64,000 nucleotides of DNA. Origin: an uncultured delta proteobacterium (lineage in GTDB: Bacteria > Desulfobacterota > RBG-13-43-22). The position numbers and the translations under genes were made by a program. The stretch is taken from assembly GCA_963711835.1 (NCBI GenBank), contig CAVQFQ010000010.1, positions 32,001 through 96,000 of the forward strand, written 5' to 3'. The notes beneath the pieces are model-generated. The model did not search any database and was not told where the DNA came from. It worked only from the letters and a program-made list of their open reading frames with translations. Positions 50,179-59,738 of the stretch are shown piece by piece (positions within the stretch are counted from its first letter, which is position 1; every line of letters begins with the position of its first letter).

Positions 50179-52392
50179 CTATCCTACGATTGATTCCATG
50201 GTAACGGCCGGATGTCCCTTTTCCTGAAGAAAGGACAGGATCTCATCCTCGGTTACCCCCACTGTCTCATCGGCGATCATATCGACCAGATTGGGATATC
50301 CCAGCTCTTCACCCCGCTTCAGAAGGCGGTCCCGGATCTCCTCTTTCAATTGCTTGGGCATCCAGACCATGCGCAGCAGGCCGCCGTCGCCGGTGATAAA
50401 TTTTCGCTGGGTAATGTTGAACTTGCTGTGACCCACAAATCCGGGTGAGGAAGCCCCCCCGCCCATAACCCCGGCCAGGGTGGTGAACTTCATCCCCGAA
50501 GGGGTCATGCCTGTATAATCGCGGTTGACGGTCATGACGCCGTTACAGGAGGGCAGGACAGCAGCGATGCACTCACAGCAGCCGCAGGTGGTCATGGGTT
50601 CATAAATCAGACTGTAGAAATTATAGCCGCTGACCTTCTGGCGTGAGGCCTTATAGACAAAATCGTTGACCCCTTTCCACTGTCCCAGTTTGGGATCGAG
50701 GACCTCCCCTTTTTGAACCGGCTGGTTGGGTCCGGTCGGGTTGATCTCAAAGGAGGCCTTGCAGTCCATCCAGTTGTAGGCCCCGCACAGGCCGGTCCTT
50801 TCCGGGCTGACCATGCAGACATGGTTGGGGGCAAAGGATTGACAGAGGGTACAGGAATAATAGGTTTCCACGCTCTCGTCGGTCATTTTTTCCACCCGCT
50901 CATCCCGGGTACGGTAGATCTGGCGGGCCTTCTTGGTCAATTTATCCACGTCCTCTTTATTGGTATAGAGGGTGACCTGGACCTTATCCAGGATGGCTCC
51001 GAAATCCTGATGGAACTTGGCATGGAGGATGACCCCGATATCCTTCAGGGTAAAGCCTTTTTGAACAGCCGGCTCTCCGGTCCGGATCCAGGCGATATCC
51101 CGCTGTCCGATGTGCATAACGCCCTGGGCATAGTTGATCAGGTGGTGAATCTGCCGCTCCAGGATGGGCTCGAAATCATCCTGCATCTGGCGGCCGGCCA
51201 CCTGGACATAGATACCCAAAGGCAGGCGGTCCCCTTTCTGAATGTCCTTAACGTCTTTACCGACTACCTCCACCTTGCCGTCTTCAATGGCGTTCATATC
51301 GGCCATCTGGACCAGCTCGGTGGCCTGGGTCTTGCCGCCCCCCATTTCCAGGTAGAGGTCTTCCTTGCGAACCCGCTCCCCTTCGAAGGCCGGGCCGTAG
51401 GCCAGGGGGATGTCTACATTGGCCACCGTGACCTTGAGGCCCCGGATCTCGATGGATCTTTGTGGCATTTCACGGTGAGGGACATTGGCCACCACATGCT
51501 CGTAGGTGCAGACCCCGGTCGGCAAGATCTCGGGGATATCGGTGTCGGCGATGGTCGGGAAGCCCCAGTTGACGCAGCCGGCGGCATTGGCGGCCCACTC
51601 GGCGTTGACTTCGCCCAAGGCATTGACAAAGGCGAAGATCCGGTCCTTATTATAAAGCAGCATTTTCTTATAATCCCCGGGTTTGATCCCTCCGAAGGCC
51701 ATGGCCGCCCGGTTGGCAAAGCCCAGGGCAAAGACGGCGGCCGAGATGTCCGGTCCGAAAGGCACCAGGCGGGTGTTCCAGCCGATCTGGACCCCGGCCT
51801 GCAGAAGCTGCTCGGAGAAGGTGGTGCCGTTCTGGTTGGCGCACATAAAGACATAGAGGTTCTTTTTCTGGTATTCTTCAGCGATCCATTTGGCCGTTTC
51901 CGGGTCCGGAGCGGCGCCGACGATGGCCGCAAAACCCGGGGCCGTGCCGTCCACGAACTCGACCCCCCGTTTCCGGAAAACCGTGTCCTCGGCGGCCCCG
52001 AGCCAGATCTTGCCCGAGGCTTCGTCGATGTCTTCACTGACCAAATAAAAATCGGGATCCTCCAGGTAGCGGATAACCTCGGCCACTTCTTCGGCGAAGA
52101 GGGCGGCCATCCCGGAGTCCAATAGGGGCCCCAAATAAGGCAGGTGGGTCATGTTCTTGACGTGGGCCGGAAGCAGTTTTCGGGCCACCTCCAATGGTTT
52201 CCGGGCCTCCCCCAGGGTTTTGACCGGGATACCCAGAATGGAGTAAATGATCGGCAAATAATAAGCGGTATTGGGAAACTCGATCTTTTGATCGGGACCG
52301 TATTTTTCAATGGCCTTCTTGAGGGTCCCCTCGGCTTTGGAAACGATGCTATAGGCACCTTGAATGGCTGCAAACGCAACTAATTTAGACAT
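50179..52392 (-). CDS. acsB: Acetyl-CoA synthase
   Basis: YSCTLCQSFAPNHVC, GLCGA, PMTTCGCCEC. Confidence 0.97.
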   Translation of the reverse strand: MSKLVAFAAIQGAYSIVSKAEGTLKKAIEKYGPDQKIEFPNTAYYLPIIYSILGIPVKTLGEARKPLEVARKLLPAHVKNMTHLPYLGPLLDSGMAALFAEEVAEVIRYLEDPDFYLVSEDIDEASGKIWLGAAEDTVFRKRGVEFVDGTAPGFAAIVGAAPDPETAKWIAEEYQKKNLYVFMCANQNGTTFSEQLLQAGVQIGWNTRLVPFGPDISAAVFALGFANRAAMAFGGIKPGDYKKMLLYNKDRIFAFVNALGEVNAEWAANAAGCVNWGFPTIADTDIPEILPTGVCTYEHVVANVPHREMPQRSIEIRGLKVTVANVDIPLAYGPAFEGERVRKEDLYLEMGGGKTQATELVQMADMNAIEDGKVEVVGKDVKDIQKGDRLPLGIYVQVAGRQMQDDFEPILERQIHHLINYAQGVMHIGQRDIAWIRTGEPAVQKGFTLKDIGVILHAKFHQDFGAILDKVQVTLYTNKEDVDKLTKKARQIYRTRDERVEKMTDESVETYYSCTLCQSFAPNHVCMVSPERTGLCGAYNWMDCKASFEINPTGPNQPVQKGEVLDPKLGQWKGVNDFVYKASRQKVSGYNFYSLIYEPMTTCGCCECIAAVLPSCNGVMTVNRDYTGMTPSGMKFTTLAGVMGGGASSPGFVGHSKFNITQRKFITGDGGLLRMVWMPKQLKEEIRDRLLKRGEELGYPNLVDMIADETVGVTEDEILSFLQEKGHPAVTMESIVG

Positions 52393-52431
52393 GTATCCTT
52401 GTCCTCCTTTCTAAGAGGTAACGTAAATTAT

Positions 52432-54468
52432 TTAAACCGCCGCCAGCTTCTGCCGGTCGGCCATATCCATAAGCACCCGTTCACGGGCCTTGTCGATCCC
52501 CAGGGCTTTTCGTTTGGCGTCGATATGGGCGATCATCCTGTGGGCCATTTCATAAGGGTCTTCCACGAAATCCCACTTGCCTCCCACGACGTTCTCCAGG
52601 CCGTTGAAGAGATAGTCTTTAAACACCGGGGAGCCTTCCACCGGCAGATGCACTCCAAAAAGGGTATAGACCCCGGAAGCCACAAAATACTGCCCGATGG
52701 AGATGGCTTTTTCACTCATCCACTCCGGGGCGCAGCCGGCCGCCGGCAGATCGCTGATATCGTTGCCCAGACCGCCGGCCTTAACCACTTCGGTGGCGGC
52801 CATCAGGATGCGGCTGTTGTCCACGCAGGAGCCCATATGGAGCACCGGCGGAATGCCCACGGTCTCGCAGACCTCGGCCAGGCCGGGACCGCAGTAAACC
52901 CGGGCCGCTTCCGGAGTCAGCAACCCGGCCTTGCCGCAGGCCATGGCATTGCAGCCGGTGGTCAGAACGATGACATCGTTTTTCAGCAGTTCTTTGACCA
53001 CGATCAAGTGGGCGCTGTCGTGCATGGTCCGGGCGTTGTTGCAGCCCACGACCCCGCCGATGCCGCGGATGCGGCCGTTGATGATGTTATCGTTCAAGGG
53101 GGTATATGATCCCCGGAAGGTCCCGCCCAGGTGGTAATTGATGGCCTCATAACTGAACCCGACGACCATCTTTTCCTTTGCTTTGGGGATCAGCACCTCG
53201 GCGCCTCGATTGGCGAAGTTGTCAATGGCCGTTTTCACGATCCGTTTGGCGTCCTCCAGGGCATGGTGTTCGTCGAACTGAATGTGCACGGTATCCCCGG
53301 ATTTGATCTTAGCCCGGGGGTTGGTGGTAATGATCTTGGTATGGTAGCATTGGGCCACGTTGGCCAGGTTCTCCATGATGCACTGGACGTCGACCACCAT
53401 GGCATCTACGGCCCCGGTGATGATGGCCAGTTCCTGTTGCAAATAATTTCCGGCTATGGGCATGCCGTGACGGACCAGGATCTCATTGGCCGTACAGCAC
53501 ATCCCGGCCAGGACGATCCCTTTGGCCCCCTTGGATTTGGCATAGTCCAGCATCTCGGGATCCTGGGAAGCCACCACGATCATTTCGGAGAGCAGCGGCT
53601 CGTGACCATGGACAATGATGTTGACATGGTCGCTTTTCAGGACCCCCAGATTGATCTCCCCGTGAATGGGATAGGGCGTTCCAAAAAGGACATCCTGTAA
53701 ATCGGTGGCGATCATCGAACCGGCCCAACCGTCGGCCAAGGCCGCCCGGGAACCCTGTTTCATCAGGTTTTCATAGTCCTGGTCCACCCCCATGTGGGTC
53801 CGGTGCATTATCTCGACGATCTCCCGGTCTATCCCGCGGGGGATGATATCCAATTTTTTCCAGAGATCATAACGGGCCTTGGGGGCGCGCTTGGCATAGT
53901 AGACTTCGCCCTCCTGTTTTCCCCATTCGCCCAGGGCTTTTTGGCCCACTTCGACGGCGATGTCATTAATATCCCGGTCTTTTTCTTCCCCGTCGACGGC
54001 CACCGTAGTCGCTACCTCGAAATCCGGGGCAATTTGTTTGAGTTTGAGTTCGTCCTTTATCTGATAGTCATGGGTTTCCTGCCTGGCTGCAGCCAGGAAA
54101 ACTTCGGCTATGCCCCGGCCATGGTCGGAGTGGGCGGCCGCGCCGGCAGCGATCATGCGGACAAAGTTACGGGCGGCAATGGTTTCCGGTGTGGCCCCGC
54201 AAAGTCCCATGCGGGTATCTTTGCCTTCCAGGTCCTTCTTGGTCAAGGGCAGGCGGCAGGGACCCTGGGCGCACATCTTGCAGCAGGTGCCCTGGATGCC
54301 GATATTACAGGGTTTCATGGTTTCGGCCCGGTCAAAGATCGTTTCCACCCCATCCTTCTGGGCCTTATGGAGCATCTGGATCGTTGCCGGATCTACGCTC
54401 TTTTCTTCAGGTTTTATCGGTTTCTTTTCTTTTTCGACGACCTTTAATTTGGTATCTTCAGATGACAT
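52432..54468 (-). CDS. cooS: Anaerobic Ni-CO dehydrogenase catalytic subunit
   Basis: CCKMCAQGPC, AHSDHGR, VHGHEP, GMCCTANE, GCNN, HMGSCVD, SEKA. Confidence 0.97.
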   Translation of the reverse strand: MSSEDTKLKVVEKEKKPIKPEEKSVDPATIQMLHKAQKDGVETIFDRAETMKPCNIGIQGTCCKMCAQGPCRLPLTKKDLEGKDTRMGLCGATPETIAARNFVRMIAAGAAAHSDHGRGIAEVFLAAARQETHDYQIKDELKLKQIAPDFEVATTVAVDGEEKDRDINDIAVEVGQKALGEWGKQEGEVYYAKRAPKARYDLWKKLDIIPRGIDREIVEIMHRTHMGVDQDYENLMKQGSRAALADGWAGSMIATDLQDVLFGTPYPIHGEINLGVLKSDHVNIIVHGHEPLLSEMIVVASQDPEMLDYAKSKGAKGIVLAGMCCTANEILVRHGMPIAGNYLQQELAIITGAVDAMVVDVQCIMENLANVAQCYHTKIITTNPRAKIKSGDTVHIQFDEHHALEDAKRIVKTAIDNFANRGAEVLIPKAKEKMVVGFSYEAINYHLGGTFRGSYTPLNDNIINGRIRGIGGVVGCNNARTMHDSAHLIVVKELLKNDVIVLTTGCNAMACGKAGLLTPEAARVYCGPGLAEVCETVGIPPVLHMGSCVDNSRILMAATEVVKAGGLGNDISDLPAAGCAPEWMSEKAISIGQYFVASGVYTLFGVHLPVEGSPVFKDYLFNGLENVVGGKWDFVEDPYEMAHRMIAHIDAKRKALGIDKARERVLMDMADRQKLAAV

Positions 54469-54490
54469 CTTTTACATCCTCCTGTTTATT

Positions 54491-56038
54491 CTATAAACGT
54501 CGATTTACCCGGTTAATCTGTTCAATCAATTTATCCACCTGGCTCTTTTGCGTTTCGGCAGCCTTGACTTCCCGCGGCGATTCGGTGCAAATCTCACCCT
54601 TTTCAGTCTCCCGTTTAATCCTCTCCGCGGCCCGGGCCTGCTGAAGGGCCTCTTCGGCAGCCTCGGCTTTGGCCTTAGCCTCGTCCCTGGCTTTTTTCTC
54701 AGTCTCGGCTCTGGCTTTGACCTCCGCCTCGGCTTTGGCTTTGGCGTCTGCTTCGGCTTTGGCCTTGGCTTCCGCTTCCGCCTTCGCTTTGTCCTCGGCC
54801 TCGGCCTGGGCTTTGGCTTCCGCTTCGGCCTTGATCTTGGCCTCTTCTTCAGCCGAAACCTTGGCCGGTTCTTCTGCTTTCGGGGTGGCGGCCTTAGGTG
54901 CAGCCGGTTCGGCCTTGGGAGCCGGCGCTGCTTTGGCCGGGGCCGGTTTGGCCTTGGGGGGAGCAGCCGGTTTTTTCTCTTCTTTTTTCTCCGGCCCGGC
55001 TACGACGGTCTTGACGATCTCCGGATAGGTCCCCTCCGGTTTGACATTCAAGGCCTTCAGCTTGGCGGCCAAGTCCGCCGGGCTGAGGTCCTTATCCCCG
55101 GTGATTAAAAGATCCATGAATTTTTTAACCAAGGTCACGCTCTCCGGGTGCCTCATGATGAGGACATCGGAACCGGCCAGAAGGTAGGCAACCGCCCCAA
55201 CCCCTTCCATCAGGACCCCTCTTTTGGCCTGGTCACCCAGGGTAGGGGCCTCTTCATTGGTCAACTTGGTCTCTTTGGATTTCCAGATCTCATTCCCCAG
55301 ATTATTGATCATCGGGTATTGGAGTTTTTCGTCTTCCTGGGCCAGGGCGGCCATGCGGATCCGTTCCATGACCGAATACGAATATTCCAGGCCGTAGCCC
55401 AGCCCCCCGGTAGTAGGATCAATCATAATCCTTTCTTTGGGAACCCCCAGATTTTCCAATAAAATATTTAACTGCTTGGCCAGGTTGACATCGATCGGGG
55501 TAGAAGCAATGAGGGTATGATTGTAACCCAGGGCCGCAGCCCCGATCTGTTTATGGTTGCCCTCCGCCACCGGACCGATGGTCAAGTTGGCACCCTGGCA
55601 GTCTTCGCTGATTTTACGGAGGACATCGCTATCTTTTTTCTCATTGCCGGATCCCCAGACGATCACCGGGACCTTTACGGCTTTTAATACCTTTTGGACT
55701 GTCTTGGAGGCCTCCTCCGGGCCCTTATCCAATCCATTGGGGTCGGTGCTTTTCAGTTGAACGACGATCATTTCGGCCCCATACTTCTCGACACATTTCT
55801 TGGCCCAGGCAGCCGGATCATCCAGTACATCCGTAAACGGAGCCAAAGCCGCATCCGACCAGTCCTCCGGCCGCATGTCCCAGACTTCCATGGCGATTCT
55901 GGGAGGATGGGGCATCTTTCCTTCAAATAGCAGGAAAGGATAGGACGTTTCTCCTCCGAAGGTTTGGGGAGAACCTTTCCCGATCGTCACCTCGTTGATT
56001 TTTCCCGAATAGGATAATTTAGGAAGTTCGAAGGCCAA
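54491..56038 (-). CDS. acsD: Corrinoid Fe-S protein small (delta) subunit with Ala/Lys/Glu-rich tail
   Basis: GGETSYPF, DVNLAKQLN, GYGLEYSYSVMERIR, IMRHP; RBS AGGAGG plus TTG. Confidence 0.93.
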   Translation of the reverse strand: MAFELPKLSYSGKINEVTIGKGSPQTFGGETSYPFLLFEGKMPHPPRIAMEVWDMRPEDWSDAALAPFTDVLDDPAAWAKKCVEKYGAEMIVVQLKSTDPNGLDKGPEEASKTVQKVLKAVKVPVIVWGSGNEKKDSDVLRKISEDCQGANLTIGPVAEGNHKQIGAAALGYNHTLIASTPIDVNLAKQLNILLENLGVPKERIMIDPTTGGLGYGLEYSYSVMERIRMAALAQEDEKLQYPMINNLGNEIWKSKETKLTNEEAPTLGDQAKRGVLMEGVGAVAYLLAGSDVLIMRHPESVTLVKKFMDLLITGDKDLSPADLAAKLKALNVKPEGTYPEIVKTVVAGPEKKEEKKPAAPPKAKPAPAKAAPAPKAEPAAPKAATPKAEEPAKVSAEEEAKIKAEAEAKAQAEAEDKAKAEAEAKAKAEADAKAKAEAEVKARAETEKKARDEAKAKAEAAEEALQQARAAERIKRETEKGEICTESPREVKAAETQKSQVDKLIEQINRVNRRL

Positions 56039-56200
56039 TGGTATACCCTCCTTTTAAGGTAATTATATAAACTACTTGGTAGCCTTGAAGTCGTTGGATT
56101 AAATACCCCGAAGCAGGCGGCCGGGGCTCTTAGGGGAGGGTGTTGCTCTACTTAAGAGCTGGATCTGCCGCATGGCAGGGAATTATCAAACCATCCTTTA

Positions 56201-56242
56201 TTGTGAATTTTATTACTTAAAGGAGGTTGCTTCTTTTGTCAA
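56201..56242 (-). promoter_or_regulatory. Putative promoter of acsD operon
   Basis: Minus TTGACA followed by AT-rich -10 region; TTGTGAA half-site at 56201. Confidence 0.45.
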
Positions 56243-56256
56243 GAAAAATAAATCCT

Positions 56257-57054
56257 TTATTCCTGATTAGGAAGAATATCCGTTCCGGTGCCGGGAGTTT
56301 CGTCAAAAAGGCGGTCAAAGAATTGAAAAGCCTTTTTGAGGGCCGGGGACTCTTCCGGCAGCTTCGAGGTGGGCTTTCCTTCTTTGTCAAACGAGTAAAT
56401 CAACTCGTCTTTGGGGACAATGCCCAGGAGACTTAATCCGTTTTCCTTCAATAAGGAACCCCATTCCTCAAGGTCGGCTAAGTCTTTTTTTTCCGCCTGG
56501 TTGATGATGACATATTTTTTCTCTATCTTTAATCCCAATTCCTTGGCCAACTGCCCGATACGAACAGCGGCCTGAAGCCCCCGGCGGGAACTATCCGATA
56601 CGAGGAGCAGGACATTGATATTTCGAGTGGTTAAACGGCTGATATGCTCCATTCCGGCTTCATTATCAACCACGATATAAGGATAATTTTCGGACAACCG
56701 TTCAACAAATTCAGTCAGCAGGGTATTGGCCGCACAATAGCACCCCTGTCCTTCAGGACGGCCCATGACGATCAAGTCAAAACCCTCGGCTTCGACCAGG
56801 GCTTCCTGGATCCTCATTTCCATAAAGATGTCCTTGGTCATCCCCGGCAGTCCCCCTTTTTTCATTTCTTCTCGGGCGTCCCCCAGGGTTTGGCCGGCCA
56901 TAACGCCTAAGACTTCATTTAAATTGGCGTTGGCATCGGCATCCACGGCCAGTATCGGTTTCTTTCCTTTTTCAACCATATAGCGGATCAGGAGGCCGGC
57001 CAGGGTCGTTTTTCCCGTTCCTCCTTTTCCTGCTAAGGCTATGATAGTGCTCAT
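56257..57054 (-). CDS. cooC: CODH/ACS nickel-insertion ATPase (CooC/AcsF)
   Basis: GKGGTGKT, GCYC, DNEAGMEHISR. Confidence 0.93.
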   Translation of the reverse strand: MSTIIALAGKGGTGKTTLAGLLIRYMVEKGKKPILAVDADANANLNEVLGVMAGQTLGDAREEMKKGGLPGMTKDIFMEMRIQEALVEAEGFDLIVMGRPEGQGCYCAANTLLTEFVERLSENYPYIVVDNEAGMEHISRLTTRNINVLLLVSDSSRRGLQAAVRIGQLAKELGLKIEKKYVIINQAEKKDLADLEEWGSLLKENGLSLLGIVPKDELIYSFDKEGKPTSKLPEESPALKKAFQFFDRLFDETPGTGTDILPNQE

Positions 57055-57056
57055 TT

Positions 57057-59024
57057 TTAGTTCCCTCCGGGCGATTCCAGCCTTCTTTCCATACAGGAAA
57101 CCTTCTCAAAGACCTCGGGAAAGAGGTTCTGGTCGGTGTGAGGTAAAAAGAGGGCGGCCACATAATTATTCATAAAATTTACATTTTCACTCAACTCGAT
57201 GTTGGTGGTCTTATTGAAAATCCTCTTTACTTCGGTTCTTAACACATTCGAGAGGGAAATCAAGCGGGCACCCAAGAGGGAGCCGTTTCCGATAAATTTA
57301 AATCTTTCCAGGGGCAGTTCCGGCAGAAGGCCTATGGTAATTGATTTTTCGATATTAATATAATTTCCGAACCCGCCGGCAATGATCACCTGTTCCAGAT
57401 CATTCATACTCAGGCCCACTTCGCTTAAGAGCGTCATATACCCGGCATACATGGCCCCTTTGGCCCGGATCAGGTTGTCGATGTCGACCTCGGTTATGAC
57501 AATGTCCCTTCCCACCTGGGTATCCCCGGCCCAGGCCAGAACATATTCCAGGCCGTCCCCTCCTTCGCGTATCCGGTCGGTTTTTAAGCCGCTCTTGAAC
57601 TTGCCGTTCTGATCCAGAACGCAGGCCTCCAACAACCCGGCCACCACATTGATCAACCCGGAGCCGCAGATTCCCTTGGGTTTGACCATGCCCACGGTCA
57701 GGATCATGGGTTCAAAGGTGGTCGGATTGACGCTGAAATCTTCTATGGCCCCTCCGGTGGCTCTCATACCGTGTTTTATCCCGCCCCCTTCAAAGGCCGG
57801 ACCGGCGGAACAGGCCGAGCAGGTCATCCAATCGGAATTTCCGATAACAATCTCTCCATTGGTTCCCAGATCGATATAAAGCGTCAGCTTTTCTTGCCGG
57901 TACATCCCCGATCCCATGACCCCGGAAATGACATCCCCTCCCACATAACTGGCAATACAGGGAAACAGAAAGGCCTGAACGTGTCCTCCAACATGAAGGC
58001 CTAATTCCTTGGCCAGGACCGGAGGAAAATAATTCATCGACGGGGTATAGGGGGCTTCCCGGATATAGCGGGGTTCGATTTCCAGAAACAAGTGGGTCAT
58101 GGTGGTATTGCCGGCCAAAGTGAGGTGGGTGATGGCCTCCAAAGGGACCTGATGTTTGTTGAGGAGTTGTTTAATGATGCCGTTGATGGTGGAAACCACC
58201 AGATCTTTCATTTTCTGCAATCCGCCCGGCTTCTGAGCAAACACTATTCTCGAAATAACATCTTCCCCGTAACTGATTTGGGCGTTGTAATCCACATGTT
58301 GGGCTAAGATATTCCCGTTATTCAGGTCCAGTAATTGTCCCCAGACCGTGGTCGTACCGATGTCTATGGCCAGGGCATAATTTTGTCCGGTCGTCTCCCC
58401 AGGTTCGATATTAATCAACTGGATTTTTCCCCCGCTTTTTCGGGGTATTCCCAGGGTAACGGTCACCTTCCAGTCGCTTTCTCTTAAAATGGAAGAGAGT
58501 TTTTTTATGGTATAAAAGTCCACCGTGACATTTTGCAGTCCATGGACCTGTTTTAAGGCCCGGATCAGACGGGAAAGGTCGCTGATATTATCGGAGAGGG
58601 AGGGGGGGGTGATTTCCAGGTATCTTTTTTCGATCGGGGGATGGAACCTGCCGTCGATGATCAGATCTTCGATCTTGATTTGGGAAACTACCTGCCAGGC
58701 CCCGGATCGGGGGCGATCCCGGTCCAGGACCTTCCGATCGAGTTGGGACTCGGCCGGAATGGTCACCTCCAAATCTCCTTTTACCCGGGTCTTGCAAGCC
58801 TGCCGGACTCCCAGGGTCCAATCTTCGGGGGTGAGTTTTTCGGTTGTTTGACTCTCCACCTGGCCTTTGTCAATAATGACCCGGCATTTTCCGCAAACAC
58901 CCTCTCCCCCGCAGGAGGCATTAATGTGGACGCCGGCCTGCATGGCAGCTCGGAGCAAATTTTCCCCCTCCGGGACAAACACCTCTATCCGGCCCGGATT
59001 AAAAACAATTTTTCTTTCTTCCAT
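57057..59024 (-). CDS. acsV: Corrinoid reductive activator (RACo/AcsV; 2Fe-2S plus ASKHA)
   Basis: CGGEGVCGKC, DIGTTT, DLGTNGE, SAGPAFEG, GICGSG, AGGFG. Confidence 0.9.
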   Translation of the reverse strand: MEERKIVFNPGRIEVFVPEGENLLRAAMQAGVHINASCGGEGVCGKCRVIIDKGQVESQTTEKLTPEDWTLGVRQACKTRVKGDLEVTIPAESQLDRKVLDRDRPRSGAWQVVSQIKIEDLIIDGRFHPPIEKRYLEITPPSLSDNISDLSRLIRALKQVHGLQNVTVDFYTIKKLSSILRESDWKVTVTLGIPRKSGGKIQLINIEPGETTGQNYALAIDIGTTTVWGQLLDLNNGNILAQHVDYNAQISYGEDVISRIVFAQKPGGLQKMKDLVVSTINGIIKQLLNKHQVPLEAITHLTLAGNTTMTHLFLEIEPRYIREAPYTPSMNYFPPVLAKELGLHVGGHVQAFLFPCIASYVGGDVISGVMGSGMYRQEKLTLYIDLGTNGEIVIGNSDWMTCSACSAGPAFEGGGIKHGMRATGGAIEDFSVNPTTFEPMILTVGMVKPKGICGSGLINVVAGLLEACVLDQNGKFKSGLKTDRIREGGDGLEYVLAWAGDTQVGRDIVITEVDIDNLIRAKGAMYAGYMTLLSEVGLSMNDLEQVIIAGGFGNYINIEKSITIGLLPELPLERFKFIGNGSLLGARLISLSNVLRTEVKRIFNKTTNIELSENVNFMNNYVAALFLPHTDQNLFPEVFEKVSCMERRLESPGGN

Positions 59025-59051
59025 TTTTATTCATCCTCTTATTTGACACTT

Positions 59052-59080
59052 CAAATAAGATTCCTTCTTTCCTTTGTCAA
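59052..59080 (-). promoter_or_regulatory. Putative sigma70 promoter of acsV
   Basis: TTGACA-N17-TATTTG on minus strand. Confidence 0.5.
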
Positions 59081-59181
59081 GAAATTAACCTCGAAGTTGC
59101 ATAAAAATTGATTGATAAAGAGTTTTTTATCAATCAAAGCAGCTTGTTCTGACGATTTTGGCCCCAATGCTAAAATTCACC

Positions 59182-59370
59182 CCGGGTGAGGTTCGGTATT
59201 TAAAAATTTTCAATCAATTTTTACCCTTCGGGAAAGTCTGGGAGGCCGTCCCACCGCGGCGGGATTGTCCAGGGCTGGCAGTATGCCTATACAGCCTCGC
59301 CCTGGACGTCTCGGATCTGCAACCTCCGAAACTTTTGCCACATCGAGGTGAAGATAGGCCAGGTTCCTGA
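59182..59370 (+). ncRNA. Candidate structured ncRNA (rod-like; possibly 6S-like)
   Basis: GC-rich island in AT-rich DNA; AAAGTCTGGGAGG/CCTCCGAAACTTT and GTCCAGGGC/GCCCTGGAC stems, C(UUCG)G loop; TGCTAAAAT just upstream. Confidence 0.35.
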
Positions 59371-59738
59371 AACTTCCAATATAACCCACTTTTAAGTTGC
59401 TTTTTAAAGAGGGTTGGTCTATAGTCATTTTTGAAGATTCTTTGAGTAATCAGTAAATTATAAAAGAATGACCCGTTTTTTTCCCTTTAAGCACAGTCCC
59501 TTCAATAGGCCTGGGATTGGTTGATGAAAAAGGCCTAAAAATCCTCCTTTCATTGAAAGGAAGGAAAAAACTGTTTTCACCTGTCTCAAGGTTATTAGGC
59601 AGGATATTAAATAAAGTGATTCTTTTTAAAATAAAAATTACGAACGGTTAGGTAACTTATCCCCTTTTCCAACCCTTCTATTACGGTTATTAAATTTTTA
59701 ATAAAAAGTACTAATTATAATAAAGGAGAATAACAAAA

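Noticed and set aside
50713-52125. 470-aa plus-strand ORF and many similar antisense ORFs
   Set aside because: Shadow ORFs opposite well-supported genes, expected from GC3 codon bias.
56108-56150. NiCo (czcD) riboswitch-like words GAAGCAGGC/GGCCGGG
   Set aside because: On the strand opposite the acs operon and lacking the four-way junction spacing.
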